A stretch of DNA of 64,000 nucleotides from positions 2,311,628-2,375,627 of the forward strand of contig JBNZDD010013712.1 in NCBI GenBank assembly GCA_050575255.1, in the 5' to 3' direction. The DNA comes from Harriotta raleighana (lineage: Eukaryota). The notes beneath the pieces are model-generated. The model did not search any database. It worked only from the letters and a program-made list of their open reading frames with translations, and was not told the DNA's origin. Position numbers and translations under genes: made by a program. Below are positions 25,798-37,098 of this stretch, piece by piece. The first letter of the stretch is position 1. Each line of letters begins with the position of its first letter.

Positions 25798-26250
25798 TCC
25801 ACCAATGTAGTACACTGCATTCAATGCGCACAATGTGATCTGTTATTCATTGGGGAGACCAAACACAGATTGGGTGATCAATTTGCTGAAATTGATCCGT
25901 TCTGTCCGCAAACAGAACCCTGAGCTTCGGGTTTCTTACCACTTCAACTCTCCTTCCCATTCGCAGTCTGACTTCTCCATCCATGGTCTCCTCCACTGTT
26001 CCAATGAACCACAGCACAAGCTCAAGGAACAGCACCTCATCTACCTGCTAGGGACTTTACGGTCCTCTTAATATCGATTTCAACAATTTCAGCCCATAAC
26101 AGCTCACCTGCCCCTCTCTCCTTCTGTGACCATTACCACATCATCTTGGTCCCAGACACACCTTTACGCTGTGGTCTGCCTCTTCTGTTGCAATTTCTAT
26201 CCCTCCTCCCTCTCTGTTAGTCCTTAAAAACGTTTGCCTTCCAACATGCT

Positions 26251-26292
26251 CCAGTTCTGAAGAAAGGTTGTGGACCTGAAACGTTGAATCAC
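26251..26292 (+). ncRNA. Minimal type I hammerhead ribozyme-like motif in the Penelope pseudo-LTR (probably decayed)
   Basis: CTGAAGA, stem II aggt/acct, GAAA, then CGTT (palindromic AACGTT; GUU triplet). Helix I is weak. Confidence 0.65.
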
Positions 26293-27114
26293 TTTCCTTT
26301 CTCCATAGATGTTTTTGTTTCCAGCATCTACAGTATTTTGCGTTTTGCTTTTAAAAATGCTACTCATCTTGGTCAGGAAAGCAATATGATAAATTGACAC
26401 AACTGATTGTACGAGTATGAATGGTTGGATTATTGCAACACATTTCATCAACTGCTTGAACAGAACTTTTGCAAATAATGTAACCTGTGTTTTTTTAATG
26501 TAACAAGCTCTTCCATGGCAATTCTCTCTTTGCGATATGTTCAAGTTAGAATTTGTGTTCAAAAAAGAAGAGTGATTATTAATTTCGAGCTATGTTAAAC
26601 AAGGCTACTTTGTTCTTCATGGGCTCTCACACCGGCTGCAGTTTCCCATCAATAACCACCTGGGCAAAATGTAATCTACATACAACTTTGCGGCTTTGAG
26701 CTATGTTAGCGTTTTAAAGCAAGGACTGAATTAAGCTGCACCTGTGCTCCTGAGATTCCATTTTACAGCACTGTATCAATCATAGCTTAATTTAGTTCAA
26801 TGTTATTATATTATACTATAGTATAATATATAATGAAGAGCGATGCATCATTTTTGACAGTCAAACCTATGAAATATTTTCCAGTTAATGGGAATATCCG
26901 CTTGTAATCCCTTAGAAACTAACTGCAGTTGTTTGATAACCTCCTCTTATTGACCTTACTGCATCGGCAATTCATGTTACATTAATTTTTCTAGGATCAC
27001 ATCACACTAGGAAGGTGAGACATTTTCTTTGTAACCACCTGTGTGCTGGGTGTCCCTATCCTCACAGCTGTGTGAATTCCTCAGCATTTAGACAGATCTG
27101 AGTTTCGGACTTAC

Positions 27115-27180
27115 CATAGCAATGACTGCAGCACCAGCTCCAGCAAGAGCCACAATGAACAAATGGAATGTCATGTTCAG
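27115..27180 (-). CDS. GPM6A: GPM6A coding exon 6 (66 bp): TM4
   Basis: Polypyrimidine tract, then tag|CTG AAC ATG..., translating to LNMTFHLFIVALAGAGAAVIAM, then gtaagt; phase 0 to phase 0. Confidence 0.97.
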
Positions 27181-27334
27181 CTACGAGAGAGAAAAACAAG
27201 AGAACAGTCACTGCAAGTCTGCCTTCCCCATCTAGTCATTTTCACTCACCTTGCTCACCTTTCACTCACCTTCACTCACAAGAAATTAGGGTCCCAACGT
27301 AGGCCCTGGGGAACCGTTATAATAAACCAGTTAC

Positions 27335-27575
27335 AATCTTGGCGCAATAATTAGGAGGAACTACTTCACATAAAGCTCAGTGAGATTGTGCAACTCACTG
27401 CCTTCTGAAGCAGTGGTTAAATCAGATTGTGTAGATATATTGAATAGGAGCGAGAGGGAGAGGGGAATAGAAGGGTATGGGCAGCAGTGTGGATGGGTTG
27501 AGACTCATGTGGAATGTAAATATCAGTACAAACTGGTTAGGCCAAATGGCCTGTTTCTGTGCTGTACATTCTTTG
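27335..27575 (+). mobile_element. CR1-type 3' fragment
   Basis: RRNYFT...VRLCNSLPSEAV motif; tail ggccaaatggcctgtttctgtgctgta. Confidence 0.75.
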
Positions 27576-28154
27576 TAAAACTTCGTAAGATATTGGGAAG
27601 CTTCCCATTATTTGTCCAGCTTGAAAAACTGGATTGAGTTATCAGGAACACAGTGAAAGAATCTAGATCGTTTTTTCCCTCCCTATCCCTTTCCCGTGAC
27701 GTCTCAACTTTGAGTCCCATTGATAAAGAGGCTGAATGTCAAGTTCACAAAAATACAATCATGCAATTCAACACTGAACAGAACTATCACGACAATGTGA
27801 GCAGATGGCAAAATCACCAATGATGATTCTCAAATAAATAATGAATTTCCCCCTTTCCATCTCTGCAGTGCAATAAGACATGAATCGCTACCTAGCTGAC
27901 CCACCACTCTACATAATAACTGATGGTATCAAATCCATTTCAAAACCACTTCTTCGAAATGGTTTCTGGTGTAAACTGGAATAAAATTGATGCCTCAATA
28001 AGTAGGTTTATAATGTACTTCAGCATCACTTTGACTGCAGAATTAATTTCGCCCACAAAATTTACAATCCACTTTACAATATATTCTGCGAAGTACTTTG
28101 AGATGTCTCAAGGATGTGATAAGGTGCGACATCAAATGCAAGGATTATTATTAT

Positions 28155-28328
28155 GTCGGATCTGGAATGTACTGCCGGAAAGGGTGAAAATTTCCTGGTC
28201 GCTTTCAAAAGGGTATTGGATAGATACGTAAAAAGAAAAAATGCACAGGGCTGTGGGGTAAGAGTGGGTTAGTGAGAATGAATGAGTAGTTCTTTCAGAG
28301 ACAGGACAGCACAATGGGCCACATGACT

Positions 28329-28359
<31 letters not shown>

Positions 28360-28455
28360 AATTACACTTATAGAGCGCGTTTCACGTCAGGAGGACGTCC
28401 CAAGGCGCTGGACAGATTGGTTCAGGACCCATCTTTGTGCTGTAAGATTCTATGA
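28155..28455 (+). mobile_element. CR1-type 3' fragment interrupted by an inverted L2-tail insertion (28328-28430)
   Basis: RIWNVLPERV motif; the tail tgtgctgtaagattctatga resumes after the insertion. Confidence 0.75.
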
Positions 28456-28553
28456 TTATTATTAATGCGCTTGTTAGCATCCTCTGCTCAGTGCGCTTAT
28501 TCATTTATTTATTTAAAGAAGTAAATACAGGTGTAAAAATGAAGTGGACCTAC

Positions 28554-28630
28554 ATCATTGGATTCACACATCTTGCTGAAGTTGTCATTCATGGAACAAA
28601 TCTTCTTCTCCTCGCCAATAGACACAATAC
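28554..28630 (-). CDS. GPM6A: GPM6A coding exon 5 (77 bp): large extracellular loop
   Basis: tttcag|GT ATT GTG... translates to (G)IVSIGEEKKICSMNDNFSKMCESND, then gtaggt; phase 1 to phase 0. Confidence 0.96.
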
Positions 28631-28819
28631 CTGAAACAGATACACATTTGCTGAGAACCTTTCTTGGAAGAATGGATTAAAAACGTGGCTTTGCAGGTGG
28701 AATGATTTGGAAAATCTGAATTGATTCAATTCAGGGATCAGCACATATCTTACTCACTCCAAAAATTCAATGTACCACCATAGACGGTGGGATGAAATAT
28801 TTGTTTTAGGGTGGGAAAG

Positions 28820-29350
28820 GTCTGAGTAAGAGCTTTTATCACATCCAGACTCAATTATTCCAATGGTCTGCTTACTGGTTTCCCCAGTTACTCCCTGCAC
28901 AAGTTGCAGACCATCAAGAACTCTGCAATTTGTGTCCACACCAGCTACCCAAACTCATAATCACATGAGCTCCACTGGCTCCCTGTTCCCCAGCAAATCA
29001 AATTCAAGATCTTCACCCTCAAGTTCAAAACCTGGCCTCTCCACATCACAACTCTCTGTCTCCCCTGCAGCTAGAATGCCCTAACTAGTTCCACCACTTC
29101 CTCAATGAACATGAGCCTGTTTCATGTCATCCCTCACATTCTGTCCAACCAGAGTGGATGAGCTTCAGCTAGTCTCCCATTCTCAGAAACAATGTCCTTC
29201 CTCTACCTTATCCACTTGCTTCCTATTTCTAAAGCTCACCCTAAGAGTTATACTTTTGACCGCGTTTTATCCCCTTCCTCCACCCTCCTCAGGTCGGATG
29301 CCCAGTCAAAGAAGCACTTTGAGAAGTCCTACCCACAAGAAAGGTATGCT
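28820..29350 (+). mobile_element. Degenerate L2 RT 3' fragment
   Basis: ctccactggctccctgttccccagcaaatcaaattcaagatc translates to LHWLPVPQQIKFKI. Confidence 0.75.
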
Positions 29351-29504
29351 ACACTGTATTTTATACGATTGTGCTGCATTCAAAATACTCTTTGCCAAAG
29401 GATGCAGACACACACAGACCTGAGTATTTTACAAAGTGGTTGAGTTGTGAATGGGAAATGGGGTAGAAAAGCGGGGGGAAAAAATCAGAACAAACACTGC
29501 CTAC

Positions 29505-29658
29505 CAAACTGACGGAGATCAAGGCAGAGATTGGACGACTCCATGATGGTCACATTCTGGCAAACAGTCCAGATGTTGAAATACATGAAAACAGGCAGAG
29601 AGGTGAAGGCTGTGACTCCCAGCCACGCCAGCATGAAGATGTAGGTCAGCATAATGAA
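29505..29658 (-). CDS. GPM6A: GPM6A coding exon 4 (154 bp): TM3 and start of the large extracellular loop
   Basis: cag|TTC ATT ATG... translates to FIMLTYIFMLAWLGVTAFTSLPVFMYFNIWTVCQNVTIMESSNLCLDLRQF(G), then gtaggc; phase 0 to phase 1. Confidence 0.97.
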
Positions 29659-32600
29659 CTGTGTTGGTAAAGCAACATAAAAGAAGTTTAGACAACTTCA
29701 GTACAAAAATCCGCAACTCATTTCCAACCATATGATGTTGCCTCATGTACATAATTTACTGGTATATTGAACACTAGGTCTTGAAAGTGCTTGCTCCATT
29801 CAATCTTCCACCTTTGTAGAAACTTTGTAGAAACGGGCCATTTGTTCATTCATTGTTCCTCCTTCTCGCTAAATATTTTGCAGAGGATTTTTTTTAATGG
29901 ACATTTAGAAGAATTAAAGTTAGTCAGTAAAACAAAATCCAAACAATAAATGTCATCTGGATTAATGTACATTGAATCATTCTAACATGTTCGGCTCATA
30001 CCTTTGGAAACCTTTTATTCACTTTAAGCTTGAGCAGAGCAGGAGGTGATACAGTTCACGTTAGATAAACATATTTTATTTTAAAATATGTAGGAGCTCA
30101 ACAGCGATTAAAAAAAATATTCTGCGTCTACTTATTCATTACTCAAGGTTAGTTGATAAAGGGCAGGATGGTGGCCAGCAGATAAGTGTCAATGCTTGCT
30201 ATCCTCCACGGGAGGGAGGCAAGTTGGGTCTCCTTGAAGGCGTGCTTAGCAACCAAATGTCAAAATCGAGTTAACCCTCATGACAGTTTTGGAAGCCCAG
30301 TTCCTGAGCCAAACTGTTCACAGACCTCCAGGCACTGCTGTTGAGGGACCAGCCAGCCTGGCTTATTGGCAGGACTTGCAGGAGCAGACCAGTCACTGGA
30401 AGCAGGAATACTTTGTAATCAGAGCCAGTTAACATGGCAAGCCAAAGCCTCAGTGGATAAGGTGGTCCTAGACGAATAAGCAGCAGGAAGGTTGCCAGAG
30501 TGCTCTCAACGGCAAGCTATGTGGCTTTATCTGGAGGAATTCCACCAGTACCCCAACATTCACTCTGGGATCCACAAGCTTTGGAATTACCTAATTACCA
30601 CAGGTTGGCTGTTTCCTAATACCCTACAAAATTGGGAAAGCAGAATGAATCCCAGTATGGAGAGTGAGAGCATAGTGATGGGTTTCTTCATGTGTCAGAT
30701 ACCCGGCCGATCAAAAACAAAAAGAGTGTCATCTATAGAGCAATACGGAAGGCAACTGAGCTGAATCATCAGAGATAAAAACAGGAAGCGAATACACCTC
30801 TGTTCACTCACACAGCTGCCGGCTACTGGTGACAATAGCTCTCCTCCCCACACACAGTCAAAGATTTTTTTTTTAAAAAGGAAAAAAAAAAGTTAAGAGG
30901 AAAAAGTTCATATTTCAACACATGAAATGGTTCATGCAGAGGTATTTGTTTCTTTGAACAGTCAACTTGATTTTCTGTTAAGCATATTACTTACTGATCC
31001 AATCGCATGTCTGGCTTGTGAATAGACACTTTCTTGACAAGGTTTTGTTAGGTTATATTACTTCAGCAAATATGATTAGACATTTATTACAATTTGCAAA
31101 TTTTATGATGTGAAAAAATCTTTAAAATTTACACATGCATAGTGTCTGCTTCACCCAAAACATTTTGCTTGCAAACACTCTCACTCACAGGCCTTGCACT
31201 TAGCCAGTAAAACACTTTGGAAGAGTTAGAATCCAAATCATTTCAAAACCTCCACAAAATGGAGGAAAGGATTTCCAGAGAGCCAAAACCAGGCACAGCA
31301 CTAATACCAGTGACTGGTATTCCTCAATAAGATTGTGCATTCAGGGGCTGCAGTGTCAGATTTTGTAAAATGACGACATCTCAGTGAGGTTCTACCCAGA
31401 CTAGGTTACTTGGAAGCCCTATTTCACTAATTGCAGACCATCTCAGGCACTTCCTCTAGAAGGAGTTCTCACCGTCCATCTGATTTCAAACCGTGTCCAG
31501 TCCAATGGAATTGCTCGCTAATGTTGTTTCACCCTAAATCCATTTAGAAGACTAAACATCATGAGAAAAGCTGCTTTAAATGAATTCAGAGTTCTTCTGA
31601 GAAGCAACTCACATCTTGCGCTGAAACCTCAGCTTTATCTGGAATTTGTGAACGAGCGATTGCATGAAACATGAGAGGTCCATACCCAAATTAGAATTAG
31701 CCTACACCTTGACGTCTTGCTCGTGAACAAATTACATGTGTTACTACACTGCATGGTTCTACTTACATTATTCATTCACTTTTAATAAATTTCACAAAAC
31801 AGGATGCAACATCCTGATTGGGAGGAATATATCAGAGTCTCTTCCCACAATCATCACTAAATCTGTCAGAACATAAAGAATTTAATCAAATGGGAAAAAA
31901 TTCAGTACATGTATATATTTTGGCATCCAATGCATGGGAAATGCATGAGTCCAGGCCAGCAGGCACATTGATAGTAACAATTCTACTTTTAATTGATAAA
32001 GTAAAAATAAGATGCCCTTTTAAAAATGTTTTATTTGTCACAGCAAAACAATTATACTGAGGTACTGTAGATATTCTGTAATTATTGCTTGTTAAGTACT
32101 ATCATAGCACAAGTTAATCCAGGTCAATGTTTTGAATGGTTATTAACGAAAGCTGCTCTTTTAAAAATAGTGTTATCAGAATTCTGTATATGGCTGATCA
32201 ACTGTGCATCTGAACAGGATGTGACTTATTGTAAGTGAGCAGGCTGGTTGAAATGTAAGAGAAGTGAAGGGTTATAGGGCTTCAGCTGGCCCAGCAAGCA
32301 TATCCACTATTTGACTGGTCTTGCCTGTAACACAAACCAACAAGAAAAGGGGACAGGCGAGGGTAAACTGGCTTCTTACAATTGCCAGTCTAGCTTGTTC
32401 CTAAATTCAGGCAGATCTACAGCGGGGGAGAGGAATGAATAATTCAAGTGTTTTATATCACTGCTGCCAACTGGAAAAAAATCTGATTAGTGGACGATGG
32501 AGATATCACGTTTCAAGTCAGTTAAAATAACCTTTGATTGATGTGTTTTGTGGCATTTCCTCATCTCCGACACCCATTGAAGTGGATTTTCCACAGGCAC

Positions 32601-33049
32601 CAAGTGCCACTGATAAGCAAGCCTGAGCATCAGTATTCTATCTGAGGAATTGGGGATGGGGATGGTNACCAAGTGCCACTGATAAGCAAGCCTGAGCATC
32701 AGTATTCTATCTGAGGAGATGGGGATGGGGGGGGACAACATCTACCATCTACTGTATAGTAGACAACACAAAATTACATTTGTATCGCAGATAGTGATCA
32801 GGATTCTCTCCAACGTTACTGATAGAATCCCAATTTACTGTTCAAACTGACATCAGATAGCTTACAACAACAACAAACAACAAAATTACATTTATAGAGC
32901 GCCTTTCACGTCAGGAGGACTTAATATTACTATATTCTTGAAACCGAGTCCTGTGAGTGTGAATGGCTCCCTTTCAGACAGTGGCTGAACAAAAAGGGAT
33001 CTAATTGAAGCCCTTCAAATTTAACTAAATTATGTTGTACTATATAATT

Positions 33050-33177
33050 CCTGTGTGTGTGTGTGTATGTATGTATGTATGCATGCATGCATGCATGCNT
33101 TTCAGACAGTGGCTGAACAAAAAGGGATCTAATTGAAGCCCTTCAAATTGAACTAAATTATGTTGTACTATATAATT

Positions 33178-33220
<43 letters not shown>

Positions 33221-33256
33221 ATGTATGTATGTATGTATGCATGCATGTATGTATGC
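33050..33256. repeat. Compound (TG)n(TATG)n(CATG)n microsatellite, present twice around an N at 33099
   Basis: Read directly; lies about 30 bp from the exon 3 donor. Confidence 0.9.
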
Positions 33257-33286
33257 TGAAAGAAAACATGCAATGAAATGACTTAC

Positions 33287-33443
33287 CCAGCCACTGACAC
33301 ATCGGCCACAGGTGGTGATTTTGAAATCTCCATAGAGATCCTTAATGGCACCAGTTGTGAAAAACCCCTCTACCATCAGCAGAATGCCATAGACAAAGAA
33401 AGCAGCTGCCACTCCATAGATGACATACTTGAAGATATCAATC
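33287..33443 (-). CDS. GPM6A: GPM6A coding exon 3 (157 bp): TM2 and intracellular loop
   Basis: cag|G ATT GAT ATC... translates to IDIFKYVIYGVAAAFFVYGILLMVEGFFTTGAIKDLYGDFKITTCGRCVSGW, then gtaagt. Also visible in ORF 33158..33457; phase 2 to phase 0. Confidence 0.98.
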
Positions 33444-34274
33444 CTGCAGAGGGGCACATTTTAAGAATCATGTCAAAATGTTTATGGATGATCAACCCAT
33501 ACACTTCCAGCTGGTTAATGGCTTGGAGGGAAATTTCTCCTTGGATCATTTTGGTACAGTATACACTTTAAGATTTCTTTAATAGAAAGCTTATACTCTT
33601 ATTATAATGCTCTCTTTCTCCCCTTTTGTTTTTTCACCCTACCCACTTTATGGACATACAATATTGTACAATACAAAATGCAGAGTGACTTTCACATTGA
33701 GAGGGACATCCAAAGGCATTGGGTGCCAAACAGACATTTTGCGAACAGCTCAAATTAAACAGCATTCAAATTCTGTCCCACTGAAGCCCACAGTTTATTC
33801 ATTTATAATTGCACCTCCATTGTCCGAAAAATAAACAGCACACTAAATGAAAACTGTTCACTTATGCAGAGAAGTAACATGATGTCTTCTTAAAATAAGG
33901 GAGGCAAATGAAAGATGATCAGTAATAAGCCATATATTGATCCAAAATAATCAGAGAATGTAATCCATGTATTAGCTCTTTTTTTCCTTCACTCGAGTGG
34001 TTTATGCAGCATTGACAAAACTAATTTGCAGCATTTTATCCAAGCATATTTCATGAAATAAAAATGGTGTCAATATATGTGTGCTCTACTTGTTTTCCAT
34101 TTGTTTGCCTACAAGTACAGTATATCTTGCAATGCACTTTGAGACGTTCCCTCAACGTAAATGCAGTACATCAAATGCAAGTATTAATACCATTATTAGT
34201 TTTGGTAATAGAATTTTTTTCGCCCATATTGTCTCATGTAAGGACTTTGATCTCATAGCCTATAGGCTCACAAT

Positions 34275-34475
34275 CCAGTGCAGTATTGAGGGAGACATTG
34301 CATTCAGAGGTACTATCCTTCAGATGAGGTCCTGTCAGCCTATTTAGGTTGACATTAACAAATCTATGGAGCTATTTGAAAAGTGAAGATGTTGTGGGCA
34401 ACAATCCATGATAAATTATGGGCATTAACTTCATAACTGTTTGTGGGACATTGCTGTGTGCTAATTCACTGTCAT
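34275..34475 (+). mobile_element. Old AmnSINE1/SacSINE1-like DeuSINE fragment (inverted partner at about 34745-34955)
   Basis: cagtattgagggag...ttcagatgagg...ctatttgaa...tgtttgtgggacattgctgtgtgc follows the DeuSINE body layout as I recall it. Confidence 0.65.
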
Positions 34476-35054
34476 ACTTTATTTGCAAAGTAAACTTACA
34501 CCATTAAATATCTATTTGTGCTTTGTATTAATCCATGGACCCAATATTAAAGCAGTAAGAGAAGGACACTCATTCAGCTCTAGAAGTCGAGAAGCTTTGA
34601 TTTCCAACACTCAAATCTTCACTCAAATCTGTTACCGATTGTAAACTTTCCAATATAACTGAACAGTGGCTTCTTCGGTGAAGCAACATGCAATCACTTA
34701 GACAACAACACAAGGTGGGGAAGAGAGAATTTAGATGATGAAAAATGGAGGGACATTGACCAGGACTCTAGAAGCATATTATGGGATTTTCAACGTCCAC
34801 CTCAATTACTGTCTCATCTTAAGGCTGACAATTCCAGCAATAGAGTATGCATCAGTATGGCACTGGGACTTCACCTTAGATGATGATCTCAAGCCCTTGA
34901 GGAGTCCCAACCAACAGCCTTTTTAAATAGAATGCTGGCTGAGCTAAACTGACACGGCGTATTGGAAACAGTCTACTTTATTTTGTACAGTCAAAATCTC
35001 CAGCCAACATCAAACTGGATTCTTATTTCAAAACAATAACCAAGAATTCCTTAC

Positions 35055-35247
35055 ATAGTGAAGACATCTATGGTGTCACCAGCACCTCTGACCACATCAA
35101 AATAGTTCTGCAGAATTGTGGCCGTTCCAGACAGAGCTTCGTGGCCACAGCCACAGAAAAGTGCCACACCAGCATACAGGAGGATGGTGGCTATCAGCGA
35201 TGCGTACGGAATGCCTCCGAGACACTTGATACAGCACTCAAAACACC
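35055..35247 (-). CDS. GPM6A: GPM6A coding exon 2 (193 bp): N-terminal Cys cluster, TM1, first extracellular loop
   Basis: Minus strand reads cag|GG TGT TTT GAG TGC TGT ATC AAG..., translating to (G)[63 protein letters not shown](M), then a gtaag donor. Matches the M6a sequence as I recall it; phase 1 to phase 2. Confidence 0.97.
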
Positions 35248-35639
35248 CTGAGAGAGAGAGAAGGAAAGAAAATCATTTAAAAGTTATTTTCACCAACAAG
35301 AATAATAATCCTTGCACTTCGGCGCTTCGCAGAATATATTGTAAAATGAATTGACAATGGGTTATGTGGGAAACATCCATGCGAACTGTACAATAAAGGT
35401 AAAGATTGCTACCCACTCTTAGGGAAAGTGAAAAATATAGCAAAGCTCAGCTTTTTCTCATAGATATGGAACACAAATGGGGTAATGAAATGCAAACCAA
35501 ATCCTTTGAGGAATAAGATGAAATACTCTTTACATTAAGGAGAGTCTCCTCAAATTAGAAGGAAAGTCTTAAAAGAAATACAAGTTACATAGATATAAGA
35601 AACATTGTTTTTTCTATCCTTGCTTCAGGGATTTCAAAT

Positions 35640-36418
35640 AACTCCAACAACAACCTTGATTTACATAGCTCCCTCCACGCTGGACGGCACTTCACAACAA
35701 CTGATACTGGGACCGAGCCAGGAGCAGTGGTAGAAAGATGACCAAAGGAGCGGTCGAAGAGAAAGGTCTTCAGCTGGGACCTGAAACTGGGAAGAAAGGG
35801 GGTGAGGCGAAGGGAGAGAGGAAGAGAGTTCCAGAGCCTCGGGGCACAGTGACTGAAGGCACGGAAGCCGATAGTGGAGTGGAGGATTCGGGGGACATGG
35901 AGGAGGCCAGACCCGGTGGAGCGAAGGCAACTGGTGCTGGTTTGAGGAGAGGAAATCGGAGAGGTAGGGGGGTGCAGAGGAGTGGAGGGATTTGAAAACA
36001 AGGGTGAGGATCTTGAAATCGATCCTCTCTGGGATAGGGAGCCAGTGAAGTCTGGCAAGGACTGGGGTAATGAGAGAACGAAATTTGGTGTGTGATAATG
36101 CAGGGGGAGACCGGCGAGGTGGCCATTGGAATAGTCCAGCAGAGAGGTGACAAAGACGTGGACTGGAGTCTCACCAGGACAGGTAACTGTGGAGATGCTT
36201 GAGCCACAGTTGATGATGAACTGTCAGACCGGTTTTCTGCCATCTGTGCTCGAGCAACCGGGTTTGGGTTTTTGGGTGCGGAGATGAGTGTTGCACCAGG
36301 GGGAACGGATAGGTTTGGAGATGGACCTGGATTTCAGGGGGATGAGAGAGTCGAAGGTGGAGGAGATGCGATCATGGAGCAGCTGGACTGCTGCTTCAGG
36401 ATCACCGTGGGTGGATTT
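35640..36418 (-). mobile_element. Internally deleted L2 element
   Basis: CLRSTGSGLLHVPRILHSTIGFRAFSHCAPRLWNSLPLSLRLTPFLPSFRSQLKTFLFDRSFG; highly similar to 52165-52645. Confidence 0.92.
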
Positions 36419-36936
36419 ATGTTGTTTCTCCCATTTCCTGGCCAGTAACCCGCCAAATAATAATCACTCACTCCATGAATGTTTATGGGACATTGCTGTG
36501 CACAAACTGACTGCCACGTTTCACCCACAAAAATACAGTCAATCTAATTTACAGCATATTAAGTAAAGCATTTTGGGATGTCCCACAACATGATAAGGCC
36601 CTATTCAAATGGAAGGCTCATTATATAATTATTGCTATGTGCAAACTCCCTGCCTGATTTGATTGCAAAATACAATCTCTTAATCTCACAGCAAATACTG
36701 TGAAGCACTTTGCAAGATACATCCAACAAAGGCGCTATAGCTAATGCAAGTACAGTATGAAGATTATCATACTGTAGTTGGTGGTGTGTTGATGTTCGCC
36801 TTATTTTGTGATGTTGTTACATAACTTCCAAATATAAGCAAATCAGAAAACATACAGCATCCAGGATTCAGGTAAACCAGGAATCTACTGTAAATACTAG
36901 GATGTTCATGTAGCTTGAATGGTAATTTAACACCCT

Positions 36937-37098
36937 AAATCCACCCACAGTAATCCTGAAGCAGCTGTCCAGCTTCTCCATGACCGCATCTCCTCCACCT
37001 TCAACTCTCTCATCCCCCTGAAATCCAGGTCCATCTCCAAACCTACCCATTCCCCCTGGTACAACACTCATCTCCGCACTCAAAAAACCCAAACCCGG
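36937..37098 (+). mobile_element. L2 fragment, inverted copy of 36258-36418
   Basis: About 11 differences in about 160 bp by manual alignment. Confidence 0.9.

Larger units (their letters stand above)
25274..26350 (+). mobile_element. Penelope-like element relic: inverted pseudo-LTR (25274-25465), GIY-YIG endonuclease 3' part (25798-26090), 3' pseudo-LTR (to about 26350)
   Basis: From 25801 the translation is TNVVHCIQCAQCDLLFIGETKHRLGDQFAE, then after a frameshift IRSVRKQNPELRVSYHFNSPSHSQSDFSIHGLLHCSNEPQHKLKEQHLIYLLGTL. This is the Penelope endonuclease pattern (CxxC, IGET, HFN). 25320-25390 is an inverted copy of 26243-26312. Confidence 0.88.

Noticed and set aside
18413-35247. Assignment to GPM6B or PLP1/DM20
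   Set aside because: The C-terminal tail (QKYEDIKSKEEQELHDIHSTRSKERLNAYT) and the loop sequences match M6a as I recall it, not M6b or PLP.
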